From Nanobdellota archaeon (GTDB lineage Archaea > Nanobdellota > Nanobdellia > Woesearchaeales > UBA10107), in the NCBI GenBank assembly GCA_042571125.1, contig JBHPFU010000001.1, positions 193,225 to 257,224 of the forward strand: DNA of 64,000 nt, given 5' to 3'. The position numbers were made by a program, and so were the translations under genes. How positions within the stretch are numbered: the stretch's first letter is position 1; every line of letters starts with the position of its first letter. This document shows, one piece after another, positions 1 to 8,850 of the stretch. The notes under the pieces are model-generated. The model was not told the origin of the DNA. It did not search any database and saw nothing but the letters and a program-made list of their open reading frames with translations.

Positions 1-1333
1 ATAGAGCAGTACCGCCTATAGCTATGCCTGTGTACATCAAAGGCTTATTTGATCTTAATTTACTTATTATTTCTCTTGGGTTGTATGATCCTGTGGCTGG
101 CTTACTAGTCGCACCACCGGTTGATTCTTTTGGTACTCCTTCGCTTGGTTGCTTAGGTTTTCTTTTAGTTAACGCACTAATCCAACCAAATGCTTTTGAT
201 CTGTATTTTTTTAATTTTGATTCTTTGTCTGGTCTTTCTCCTTTAACTTCGTGAGTATGTTCAATTCTGCTGCCTTCATCTCTGTTAGGAACTTCAATTG
301 ATGGTTGAACAACAACTTCTCTGTCAAGACCATAAACTCCTTTTAATTTTAATTCGATAGAATCTCCGAGTTTAGCCGACCAAGTTATTCCTCCTTCTTC
401 ATCTGCATCAGCTAATGTTAATAAATTTCTTGCGGGTTCTGATTTATGACGCACAGCAAGATAAAGAGCAATCGCTTCTTCCCATCTTAATTTAGATTTT
501 GCATTAGGCTCTGCTTCTCTTAAAAGTTTGCGAGGATCTGTTTCTTGCTTTTTTATTCCTCCCGTAGAAAGATCTCTTTCATACATTTCGTACCAAGTTT
601 TTCTTCCATCTTCAAATGCAATAAGTTCTAATAATGAAGTATTTTGAGCAAATCTGCCCCAGTTAGCATCTGGGATTATTAATCTTCTAGATTCTCCTAA
701 TTCTTTAGATTTTTCAGGGTTATCAATTCCCGCTTCAATAAATGATTCATCAAACCCTTCTCTATACAACTGATCACTAATCTTGTCTGCTCTTGAAACT
801 TTTCCTGCAGCACCAGTACGAACACCAACTCCCAAATCTTCAACAGCCAATGTTGCAAAAGCTTCGACCGATGGGTCTTTTGAATACTTTGGAATGTGTT
901 TGCCCTTACGAATCTCTCTACGAATTTTTTTTATTATTGAATCATATAGTGAAGGATCTCCCGGGAATACGCCAATCAGACCTGGCGTACCTTCTTTAGC
1001 TCCGTCAGATAATTCTTCCACATAAGGAATAGAAATGAGCTGTTGCTTTCCTAATCCAGGAACTTTAACAATTACGCTGTGATGTCTTCTGTAAGTGTAA
1101 CCTGGATGAAGAGAGCCCAGAAATTTCTTACCAAAACTATCTAATCTTTCACCATATCTTGAGTCAGTTCTTCGCATTTCTGCAGTTGTTCTTGGTAATT
1201 GCGAAGGATAATTATACTTTGGTCTTACTTCTGCTCCGATAGATTCTTGCGGTTCAGGACTTTTATATTCTTGTTTAGATTTGCTTCTAGAAAAAAGGTT
1301 ACTAACTTTTTCTCCAATTTCCCCCCATTTCAT
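1..1333 (-). CDS. Hypothetical protein; N-terminus complete, C-terminus runs off the left window edge (at least 444 codons)
   Basis: My own reverse-complement translation. ATG at 1333-1331 gives MKWGEIGEKVSNLFSRSKSKQEYKSPEPQESIGAEV... and I checked codon by codon that it stays open to position 2. It is missing from the ORF track only because no stop lies inside the window. It starts 5 nt after the stop of the upstream co-directional ORF. No family recognised. Confidence 0.6.
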   Translation of the reverse strand, partial: MKWGEIGEKVSNLFSRSKSKQEYKSPEPQESIGAEVRPKYNYPSQLPRTTAEMRRTDSRYGERLDSFGKKFLGSLHPGYTYRRHHSVIVKVPGLGKQQLISIPYVEELSDGAKEGTPGLIGVFPGDPSLYDSIIKKIRREIRKGKHIPKYSKDPSVEAFATLAVEDLGVGVRTGAAGKVSRADKISDQLYREGFDESFIEAGIDNPEKSKELGESRRLIIPDANWGRFAQNTSLLELIAFEDGRKTWYEMYERDLSTGGIKKQETDPRKLLREAEPNAKSKLRWEEAIALYLAVRHKSEPARNLLTLADADEEGGITWSAKLGDSIELKLKGVYGLDREVVVQPSIEVPNRDEGSRIEHTHEVKGERPDKESKLKKYRSKAFGWISALTKRKPKQPSEGVPKESTGGATSKPATGSYNPREIISKLRSNKPLMYTGIAIGGTAL

Positions 1334-1338
1334 TTTAA

Positions 1339-2538
1339 TCAACTTGATTTATTAGTTTCAAATGCATACTCTGGTTTTTCTGTAGAAACAACAACTATGT
1401 TTTCAGGAATTGTAAAATCATTAGGGTGTGTTTTCAAATGTGATGCAGGAATAAGGCTTTGCTCTGGAGTCGCTCCCAACCTAATATGCGCTTCCCATTT
1501 TTCGTTTATATCCCCAAGTGGAACAACTTTAATCGGTGATCCTTCTCCTTCTTCTGGAACCGATCCATCAATTAATAATTTTGGTCTTCCTTTCTTTGTT
1601 TTTCTTTCATAAATATACTTCTTTACTTTGCCAGGATCTCCTGCAGGTCTTAACAAAGTTTTATCTTCTTTATCATACCCAACTTCAGCTTCTAGAGCTT
1701 CAATTAATTGACCTTTTGTTTGGTCATCTTTAACCATACTAATCCAAAAACCATTTGAGCTATTTCCATCTATAAAGTAAACAGTGTCATCTAATGTCAT
1801 TAGCAATCCTGCGTGTTTCCACCTCTTGCTCCCTTTTTCAACTGGCCCCATGCTGGATATGCCCGTATCATGGAATGGACCTTTTAAATCTATAACATTG
1901 CCATATTTTTCTTGAACTTTTCCTTCTATTCTGTATCGACCATCAATGGCTGCGCCAAGTTTTTGACGAGTTGCAAAATAACCTGGAGCCCAAACTCTCA
2001 TCCAAAAGGATGGATCTTTCTTTTTCTCTTCAATCTGTTCTGCGCTAATGCCCAACTTTTGTGCTAATTTAGCTATGAGAGCGCCTGAGGAGTCAATTAT
2101 TTTTTCATCTTGTTCTCGGATACTTTCGAAATCTTCTCTATAGTCATCAGTATTAAAGTAAGGATGTTCATCATCATTCCCTCTTGTAAAAGCAAGAACA
2201 CCTTTTCCAGTTGGGAGTCCTATGTCATGAGGCATATATCCTGGGGTCATAGGCACTGTTCTTTTCATGTAATCGCTTATTTTTTTCTCAGCATTTTGTG
2301 TTACAAGAATAGCAAGACTGGCGCCCTCTCCCCCCTTTATTAACGGCAAATTATTAGTTTCAAAATGAGTTTTTATCCCTTCATCAATTGTATCTCCATC
2401 TTTCAAAAACATTAATTTAGTAAATGTTGCATAGAGATCGTTTTTAGGAACATTAACAATTTTATTCCGGTATGTAGAAACTTCTATCTGTTTAACTTTT
2501 CTAGTTCCACTCTTTGCTCTCTTTACTTCTCTCCCCAT
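1339..2538 (-). CDS. Hypothetical protein (399 aa), no recognisable motifs
   Basis: Long ORF in the dominant coding strand of this region. A TATA box lies 30 nt upstream (2561-2568). It is tightly followed by the 1-1333 ORF, which suggests an operon. No signal peptide or catalytic motif identified. Confidence 0.7.
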   Translation of the reverse strand: MGREVKRAKSGTRKVKQIEVSTYRNKIVNVPKNDLYATFTKLMFLKDGDTIDEGIKTHFETNNLPLIKGGEGASLAILVTQNAEKKISDYMKRTVPMTPGYMPHDIGLPTGKGVLAFTRGNDDEHPYFNTDDYREDFESIREQDEKIIDSSGALIAKLAQKLGISAEQIEEKKKDPSFWMRVWAPGYFATRQKLGAAIDGRYRIEGKVQEKYGNVIDLKGPFHDTGISSMGPVEKGSKRWKHAGLLMTLDDTVYFIDGNSSNGFWISMVKDDQTKGQLIEALEAEVGYDKEDKTLLRPAGDPGKVKKYIYERKTKKGRPKLLIDGSVPEEGEGSPIKVVPLGDINEKWEAHIRLGATPEQSLIPASHLKTHPNDFTIPENIVVVSTEKPEYAFETNKSS

Positions 2539-2560
2539 GGTTTTGTGTAAACTCTCCTTA

Positions 2561-2568
2561 TATATAAA
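2561..2568 (-). promoter_or_regulatory. Archaeal TATA box for the 1339-2538 operon
   Basis: The minus strand reads aatatTTTATATAtaaggagagtttacacaaaaccATG. The TATA element starts 30 nt from the ATG at 2538, the same spacing seen at most genes in this window, which implies a leaderless or near-leaderless mRNA. Confidence 0.5.
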
Positions 2569-2601
2569 TATTTTGGTTTTATTTACTATTGAGTAGTTTA
2601 T

Positions 2602-3873
2602 TTATCGGTTGTCCTTAAATTGGGACAAATCAAATGGAATTTCATCTTTAATCGTCCCATTGCCAGCCATAGTCTCAACTGCATTTCTAAACTCTTTGTT
2701 TGATTGTGAAAGCATACGTTCGTAACTAGGATCTTTTTTTGACCAACCTTGTTGTTTAAATACCCAATCCAAAACTTCTTTTTTTGTTATTGTTTTTTTA
2801 GGTTTGACTCCCCCGGTTTCTATTATTTTGAATTCAGACCAGTCGAGATTTCCGCCGATTTTGTAATTTTCTATATCTGCGAGATAAACTCCTTCTCCAA
2901 ATTTAGCATGCAAGTCAACAGATAAAATGTTTTGAGGACCCATTGTTTCGGCAGTTGCCAATAACAACAAACCAAGATCTGGAGCATATCTATTTCCTTC
3001 TATTCCTTCGTATCTTGCTTTTGATTTTGTAGATTCAAGATATATTGGGGTTGCACCGGAGTGTCCTTGTATCCATAGTTTTACTGGGATTCCGTCGGAA
3101 CTTAAAACTTCCAATGAATTTTCCATACCTTCAAGAGAATAATCATTTACTCTTAACTCTTCTTCTTCATCATCCTCTACAACTACTGTTTCCATTCTGT
3201 AACTTCCCCAACGCAAACTTTCAATTATCTTTTTGTTATTGTCATCTTCTAAGTCGCTTAGTTTCTTCGCGCCTTTTATTGGTCCAGAATGCGAAAAAGC
3301 ATAACCATTTGGAACTTTTGCAAAACGAGGCATATCACTAAAAAAGTTTTGCGATGCTTGATACAATCCTTGTGTTTTTTTTAATTCTTTGTCTAATTCT
3401 TCTGTTTGATTAACAGTCTTGGTTTCACCATCTATTTCAAGATCTTTTTCTACTGCATCTCCATCTGCTTGAGAAGCCTCATGATTCCCTTCAAGATATA
3501 ATGCATGATCACCAATTAATTTTGTAGTCTCAATCGCAGATGTAAGAACTCTTAGAGATCCATCGTTATCCGGATGACCATGAACAAGATCACCAAGCTG
3601 GATTAACCATGCATTTTTCCCTTGGAGAAGGTCTTCTAGAAATACTGACATTACTTTTTTGTATGCATCTTCATTACCATGAATGTCAGAAGCACAGTAT
3701 ATAACTCCTTCTTCAGCAGGAAGGACTTTAACTCTTTTGCCAGGCAGCGTTCCAACAGTACATCCTTTTTCTTTTAGTTTTTGTACTGCGCCTGTTAGCT
3801 CCTTTTCGTAATTAGAGCCTACAATCTCCGTTAGTATAGGATCTGCCCCCATGAGCAATTTAGAAACACACAT
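2602..3873 (-). CDS. Calcineurin-like metallophosphoesterase (PPP/ApaH-like) with an unrecognised C-terminal extension of about 200 aa
   Basis: Ordered motifs DIHGN, GDLVHG and GNHE are typical of calcineurin-like phosphoesterases. A TATA-like run at 3875-3882 lies only a few nt from the annotated ATG, so the second Met (start 3852, MGADPILTEIV...) may be the real start. Confidence 0.75.
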   Translation of the reverse strand: MCVSKLLMGADPILTEIVGSNYEKELTGAVQKLKEKGCTVGTLPGKRVKVLPAEEGVIYCASDIHGNEDAYKKVMSVFLEDLLQGKNAWLIQLGDLVHGHPDNDGSLRVLTSAIETTKLIGDHALYLEGNHEASQADGDAVEKDLEIDGETKTVNQTEELDKELKKTQGLYQASQNFFSDMPRFAKVPNGYAFSHSGPIKGAKKLSDLEDDNNKKIIESLRWGSYRMETVVVEDDEEEELRVNDYSLEGMENSLEVLSSDGIPVKLWIQGHSGATPIYLESTKSKARYEGIEGNRYAPDLGLLLLATAETMGPQNILSVDLHAKFGEGVYLADIENYKIGGNLDWSEFKIIETGGVKPKKTITKKEVLDWVFKQQGWSKKDPSYERMLSQSNKEFRNAVETMAGNGTIKDEIPFDLSQFKDNR

Positions 3874-3907
3874 AATATATATAGTTTTCTATTTAGAAGT
3901 AGTAAAA

Positions 3908-5194
3908 TTAGCTATAATTAAGCATTAATATGTCTATAATCCTCTTCAGCTTCTTTCTCAGGGTCTGATAGCTTATCTTGTCTTTAGCAATCTTAAAGTT
4001 CTTTTCTACTCTTTTTTGAGTTTCTTTTGGATTATTTAATGAATGAGCTATATTATTTACAACATTTTTACAGTATTTATTGAATGCTATGAAATCAAAA
4101 CCAAGCGGTTCGATATCAGTCCTATATACTGGATATCTTCTTACAACAAGCATTTTTTTGAATGCAATAGCTTCACCAATAGCATTTCCCCAACCTTCTA
4201 TCTTGCTAGGGTATAAAACAATGTCTGCATGAGGGTAAATATCCCACAAAGAATAGAATTTTTTATGACGTCTTGCTTTTATTCTATTATGAATAAATTT
4301 AATCTTAACTTTTAATCTTTTTGCCATCCTCATTAGATTTCTTTGATGAGGCTTACCAACATCAGATGTAAAACCACTTACGATTAAAACAACTTTTTTT
4401 CCTAATTTTTTATTCAGAGCAGAAACGATTCTTATCGCTGTTCTCAAATCTTTTCTAGGAATAACACGAACCGGTGAAAAAGCGATAATTTCATCCTCTT
4501 TTATTTTGAAATCTTCTCTAAATTTTCTATTGAAATCATCAGTTAGGTTGCGCATTCCATGATACATAAAAACATTAGGAAGGATTAAACTCTTGATTCC
4601 TTTTTTCTTGTAGAGTTCTTGTTCTGCAATTTTATTAATTACTACGTGCTGCACTGTTCTGTGATCGAAGGGAAAATACTCATCTATGTATTCCCTAACA
4701 ACGTCATTCATTTTTTTGTATTTTTTTCTTTCCCATTCAAAATCATGATGGTGAGCAATAGTTGGAATGTCGTTTCCTCTTACTAGGCGCCCGAGAGCAA
4801 CACCTAAAGGTAGGTGCATAGGTATTGCAGAAGCATTTTGGATAACGAGCATATCTATTTTTCTTCTGTCCATCCATTTTTCTATTTCATCTTTTATTTC
4901 TTCTGCATTTTTTTCTATTAACTCTCTTAATTCTGTGTGTCTCTTGCCATACGCGATTCTTTGGATTCTTTTGTTATCTTTTGTAGAGAAACTCATCTTT
5001 GGGATTATATGGGATTTTTTTAATTCAAAATAATCGTCTCCTGTCAATAAACTAGAACCCTTTTCATCTATTTTTTCTCCAACACAGAAATAAACCTCAT
5101 GACCCATTCTTTTTAGAACTGTTGTCCACTTATCAACCTCTAAAGAAACGCCGTCTAGGCCTCCAAGTCTTGAGCATATAATTCCAACTCTCAT
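3908..5194 (-). CDS. Glycosyltransferase, GT-B fold, family 4-like
   Basis: N-terminus MRVGIICSRLGGLDGVSLEVDKW and the C-terminal E-x7-E motif (SKIEGWGNAIGEAIAFKKMLVV) are typical of GT4 enzymes. TATA TTTATAAA at 5217-5224 lies 30 nt upstream of the ATG. Confidence 0.8.
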   Translation of the reverse strand: MRVGIICSRLGGLDGVSLEVDKWTTVLKRMGHEVYFCVGEKIDEKGSSLLTGDDYFELKKSHIIPKMSFSTKDNKRIQRIAYGKRHTELRELIEKNAEEIKDEIEKWMDRRKIDMLVIQNASAIPMHLPLGVALGRLVRGNDIPTIAHHHDFEWERKKYKKMNDVVREYIDEYFPFDHRTVQHVVINKIAEQELYKKKGIKSLILPNVFMYHGMRNLTDDFNRKFREDFKIKEDEIIAFSPVRVIPRKDLRTAIRIVSALNKKLGKKVVLIVSGFTSDVGKPHQRNLMRMAKRLKVKIKFIHNRIKARRHKKFYSLWDIYPHADIVLYPSKIEGWGNAIGEAIAFKKMLVVRRYPVYRTDIEPLGFDFIAFNKYCKNVVNNIAHSLNNPKETQKRVEKNFKIAKDKISYQTLRKKLKRIIDILMLNYS

Positions 5195-5216
5195 GGTGGT
5201 TTTTTTGTTTTAATTT

Positions 5217-5224
5217 TTTATAAA
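5217..5224 (-). promoter_or_regulatory. Archaeal TATA box for the glycosyltransferase gene
   Basis: The minus strand reads gcaaagcTTTATAAAaaattaaaacaaaaaaaccaccATG, which gives 30-nt spacing to the ATG at 5194. Confidence 0.5.
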
Positions 5225-5231
5225 GCTTTGC

Positions 5232-6533
5232 TTATTTAGGAACGCCCCATTTCCCAAGGGCAGAAGCAAGTTCTAAGTGTGTTTTTGCGTATTGTTTTAA
5301 TGGTATTTTTTTAAGATAAGCATCAACCGATTGTCTTATTGCAGCACCGCCTTGTCGTGTTCCGTTAGGATGACCGTGACATCCCCCGCCGTACTGAGCA
5401 ACAATGTCTTTTCCCATTATTTTAATTAATTGAGGAGTCATTCCGGGATGTAATCCTCCTGAAGCAACTGCCAGAACAGGTTTTATTTTATACCATTCTT
5501 GTGACAGATGATGCGCCCTTATGTTTTCACTTATGTGAGGATGTTCAACCTCATCTTCTATGTCTAATTCTTCATCTCTTGAACCGTGCATCTTTCCAAC
5601 TCCTGCGGTTCCTATGTGAAGTTGATCAACTCCAATCATTCTTGATAATTTTGCAAGGGTTAACATTGAAATTCCGTGTTTTGGATTTCTTGTTAATGCA
5701 CCATGCATTGCTCTGTGAGCATGAATAACTAATTTTAAGTCTTCATTATGCCTTCGCATTGTTTGAAGAGCTGCCCACCCAACTGTTAAGATGTCAATCA
5801 TCATGTATTCGCCACCATTATCTTTGATGACTTCTGCTCTTCTCAGCATTTCATCAGTTTCTGCAGTGATGTTTGGCATATACATCTTTTTTTCTCCTGT
5901 TTCTTTTTCTGCCTTATCTCTTAATTTTAATGTTCTTCTTACTCTTTCATCAAACTTATTAAATTTCATTGATGATAAGTTTTCATCATCTTTTACAACA
6001 TCTAGGCCTCCTGCCCAAGATTCATAAGCAACTTTTGCATGCTGCGGAGCAGTCAATCCTAATTTTGGCTTTACAATTGTTCCAACTAATGGACGGCCAT
6101 AAACCTTTGTTAACTTTCTTACTCCTTTTATCCCGAACTTTGGGCCAAGGAAAGAATCAATAATTGATTTTGGAAAATGAATGTCTTGTAAACGCAAATT
6201 AACAATCTGTTTCATTCCGTAAATGTTTCCTGCAATTGAGCTTAGAATTTCCGGAACATTTCCTTCTTCAAATAGTTCTACATTGTAAGCAACTTTTACT
6301 TCGTGAGTCTTTTTGTTGATATAGAAAACATGAGGTTTTAATCTTTTAGCAATCCAAGGATTCATTGTAGAAATCTTTGTCCAGGTTCCTATTGATGATT
6401 CTCCTGCAAGATATTCGCAAACTTTCTCAAAAGTGATTCCTTTTGCAGGATCAACATGGTATTCACAGACAACTTCTGTAGATTTAGGTTTATACTTTTT
6501 GTCAATAAACTCTAGACCGCCGTATATAGTCAT
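5232..6533 (-). CDS. rbcL: Ribulose-1,5-bisphosphate carboxylase/oxygenase large subunit, form III-like
   Basis: Catalytic signature motifs are all present: VKPKLGL, GGLDVVKDDENL (carbamylated Lys, Asp and Glu), MYMPNITA, HAHRAMHGA, GVDQLHIGT, ASGGLHPG, GGGCHGHPNG. The length (433 aa), the absence of a small-subunit gene and the archaeal context fit form III. Confidence 0.95.
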   Translation of the reverse strand: MTIYGGLEFIDKKYKPKSTEVVCEYHVDPAKGITFEKVCEYLAGESSIGTWTKISTMNPWIAKRLKPHVFYINKKTHEVKVAYNVELFEEGNVPEILSSIAGNIYGMKQIVNLRLQDIHFPKSIIDSFLGPKFGIKGVRKLTKVYGRPLVGTIVKPKLGLTAPQHAKVAYESWAGGLDVVKDDENLSSMKFNKFDERVRRTLKLRDKAEKETGEKKMYMPNITAETDEMLRRAEVIKDNGGEYMMIDILTVGWAALQTMRRHNEDLKLVIHAHRAMHGALTRNPKHGISMLTLAKLSRMIGVDQLHIGTAGVGKMHGSRDEELDIEDEVEHPHISENIRAHHLSQEWYKIKPVLAVASGGLHPGMTPQLIKIMGKDIVAQYGGGCHGHPNGTRQGGAAIRQSVDAYLKKIPLKQYAKTHLELASALGKWGVPK

Positions 6534-6537
6534 GTTA

Positions 6538-6543
6538 CACCTC
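6538..6543 (-). promoter_or_regulatory. Shine-Dalgarno-like site (GAGGTG) for rbcL
   Basis: The minus strand reads aaaaaGAGGTGtaacATG. GAGGTG lies 4 nt before the ATG and is complementary to the archaeal 16S 3' end (..CACCUCC). rbcL is one of the few genes here with a leader plus SD rather than a TATA at -30. A TTTAAATA element lies about 44 nt upstream. Confidence 0.5.
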
Positions 6544-6582
6544 TTTTTATATAATAATTAGATTTAAGTTATTTAAATGTTA

Positions 6583-7032
6583 TTATTTAACGCCAGAATA
6601 AAACATCTTTTCGACAGAAACATCCTCTGGCTTATAACCGCCGCTTCTTGGATGATCTTTCTTTTCTTCTGTATCTAACATCTTTTGTCTTTCTCTAGGA
6701 TTTTTTGTAGGCTCGCTAGTTTCTAATTTATTTACTTCTTTTATCAGTTCATTAACTACTCCCTGCAATTCATAAATCATCTTGGCTTGTTTAGATATAA
6801 GTTCAGAATGTTTTTCAAGTCTTCTTCTTAAATCTTGAACATCATCGTTCATTTCAACACCTTTTCGGTCTGTTTTTGAAATATTTATGTCTGGTACGTC
6901 TGTTCCTTCTATGTTTAGATCTTTATTAACTTGATCAAGCGCTTCTTGAGTAGATTCAACTATGTTATGTTGTTTTAGATTATCTGCCGTTTCCTGAACT
7001 TTTCTTAATTGTTCTATATCCATCTCAACCAA
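6583..7032 (-). CDS. Hypothetical coiled-coil protein (149 aa)
   Basis: ORF overlaps the stop of the upstream flavin-reductase-like gene by 8 nt. Charged, heptad-like sequence (LRRRLEKHSELISKQAKMIYELQGVVNELIKEVNKLE). No family recognised. Confidence 0.6.
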   Translation of the reverse strand: MVEMDIEQLRKVQETADNLKQHNIVESTQEALDQVNKDLNIEGTDVPDINISKTDRKGVEMNDDVQDLRRRLEKHSELISKQAKMIYELQGVVNELIKEVNKLETSEPTKNPRERQKMLDTEEKKDHPRSGGYKPEDVSVEKMFYSGVK

Positions 7033-7516
7033 CCGTTGTTGTAAAGGTTCTGCCTTTTGTTTGGAATAGCCTTTTACCTTTCTTATTCTCGCAAATATTT
7101 AAAACTTTCCCTATTATGATTAAATGATCTCCCCCCTCTATCTCATTAATAACTTCACATTCTAGGCATCCTAAACTTTCTTTTATTGATGGGCAGTCAA
7201 TTTTTGAACATTCTCCTTTTGTTAATTTAGTTTCTTTAAACTTATCCATGTGTTCGCCAGTCTGAGAACCGCAGAATAATGCTTGTTTTTTCAGATCTTT
7301 TGAAATAAAATTAACGCAAAAAACTCCCGATTCTTTTATTAATTTGTAAGAAAATCTTTTTGGGGATATAGATATTGCGTATAAAAAAGGTTCAAAAGAA
7401 ACCGGGGTGTGCCAACTAAGCGTAAAAATATTATCTTTTTTTATTTTTTTACTAAGAACTTCTGCATTTCCTCTTGTGCTAACAAGAATTGTTTGTCTTG
7501 GTTTTACGATTTCCAT
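7025..7516 (-). CDS. Flavin reductase-like FMN-binding (split-barrel) domain protein
   Basis: ILVSTRG...NIFTLSWHTPVSFEPFLYAISISP...GVFCVNF...GDHLIIIGKV matches the usual pattern of flavin reductase-like domain proteins. The 163-aa size is typical. Confidence 0.65.
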   Translation of the reverse strand: MEIVKPRQTILVSTRGNAEVLSKKIKKDNIFTLSWHTPVSFEPFLYAISISPKRFSYKLIKESGVFCVNFISKDLKKQALFCGSQTGEHMDKFKETKLTKGECSKIDCPSIKESLGCLECEVINEIEGGDHLIIIGKVLNICENKKGKRLFQTKGRTFTTTVG

Positions 7517-8310
7517 TATTCGTGAACCTCGACAAATCCGCCTTTAGATTTTTTATGTTTTCTTTCACCAAATTTACCTACTCTTGCAATTCCAGATATG
7601 AGATATGCAATAAACGGAACGAAATGCAAGTATCTTAAATCAGCTCCGAATGGAATAGTAACAATGCTTATAACAATAGTTAAAGAAGACGCAAACACAG
7701 CTATATTTATCGTCCTTCTTAATCCTATCTTGAATTTTATTGCCTTTGTGATTAGGTATGCAATTAAAGAACCGACAAGAATCATTATACTGTATTTTAT
7801 TGCAAACCAAAAATATAAAATCAACAAGATTGACGGGAGCATTAATACAAATAGGATTAAAATCAAAGGCATAAATGCGGTTCTATGCTCTTTTACATCA
7901 GAATATCCAGTTAGATCAATTAAAAATTGTTTGAACGGAATATTGTAATAAATTCTTCCACTATCAATAACAACCGTAGCATCATCAGACTCTACATCGC
8001 TCTCTGCATTGAATATAAACATTGGATTTTTTTCTGTAATCCTTATAGGGCTGGTTGTTTCAACATCCACTTCCACATCGAACTCTTCGAACTGATCAAA
8101 TTTTGAATTAAGTTGTGCAGGCCAGTCAACAATTACTGGCAGAAATAGAATCGCCATTATTACAAACATATTGAATATTAGTGACATATAATAGGTAAAA
8201 GCTGTTTTGAATGGATAATCTGCATACTCCCCATAGTTCCGAGGATTAAAACTTCCCAAGAATCTTCTATACAGTTTGAAATATTTGCCTATCTTATTTA
8301 ATAATTTCAT
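7516..8310 (-). CDS. Polytopic membrane protein, unknown function
   Basis: Several 20-aa hydrophobic segments (AILFLPVIVDW, LILILFVLMLPSILLILYFWFAI, ILVGSLIAYLI, VFASSLTIVISIVTIPF). One-nt overlap with the downstream gene. Confidence 0.65.
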   Translation of the reverse strand: MKLLNKIGKYFKLYRRFLGSFNPRNYGEYADYPFKTAFTYYMSLIFNMFVIMAILFLPVIVDWPAQLNSKFDQFEEFDVEVDVETTSPIRITEKNPMFIFNAESDVESDDATVVIDSGRIYYNIPFKQFLIDLTGYSDVKEHRTAFMPLILILFVLMLPSILLILYFWFAIKYSIMILVGSLIAYLITKAIKFKIGLRRTINIAVFASSLTIVISIVTIPFGADLRYLHFVPFIAYLISGIARVGKFGERKHKKSKGGFVEVHE

Positions 8311-8321
8311 TTCTCCTCTTT

Positions 8322-8798
8322 TTAGATAATGAATATTACGTCTTTTTCTTCATCAACTTCTTTTTTAACATCAAACGATTCTTTTATTTTGTTTTTTATT
8401 TCATTAAATTTTTCAGATTTTTTTAGGATTGTTAGGGCAAATTTTTTCTTGCCAACTCTTTTTATTTCACTTAATCCTTTTTCAATGTCATCGAAATTAT
8501 GAATTGCTGTTAATGAGACCACAACATCAAATTCATTGTCTTCAAACGGCATTTCTTCTGCATCTGCAAGCATAAACTGCCCATGAGGAAACTTCCTTTC
8601 TGCGTATTTAATCAGTTTTTCACTTGGATCAATTCCAGTAACATCACATTCAAAGTCAGCCGAGATTCCTGTTCCGCAGCCAACATCTAATAGTTTATCT
8701 GTTTTTTTAATTTTTAGATTATCTTTAACTATTGCTAATTTTTTCAACTGCTCTTCCTTGTGCAGTTCATCATAGCCCCCAGCAATCTCATTATACAT
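8322..8798 (-). CDS. Class I SAM-dependent methyltransferase
   Basis: Motif I LLDVGCGTGISA, followed by an acidic post-I residue and DVVVSLTAIHNF (motif III-like). Confidence 0.8.
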   Translation of the reverse strand: MYNEIAGGYDELHKEEQLKKLAIVKDNLKIKKTDKLLDVGCGTGISADFECDVTGIDPSEKLIKYAERKFPHGQFMLADAEEMPFEDNEFDVVVSLTAIHNFDDIEKGLSEIKRVGKKKFALTILKKSEKFNEIKNKIKESFDVKKEVDEEKDVIFII

Positions 8799-8817
8799 AG
8801 TGTTCTAAAAAAGACTT

Positions 8818-8830
8818 AAATTTATATATT
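8818..8830. promoter_or_regulatory. Single shared bidirectional TATA element for divergent genes 8322-8798 and 8851-9609
   Basis: aaaTTTATATAtt reads as TTTATATA on the + strand and TATATAAA on the - strand. Its centre (about 8824.5) is equidistant from both start codons (8798 and 8851), so each sees the -30 spacing. Confidence 0.5.
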
Positions 8831-8850
8831 CTTCGGCTTTCTATCTATAT

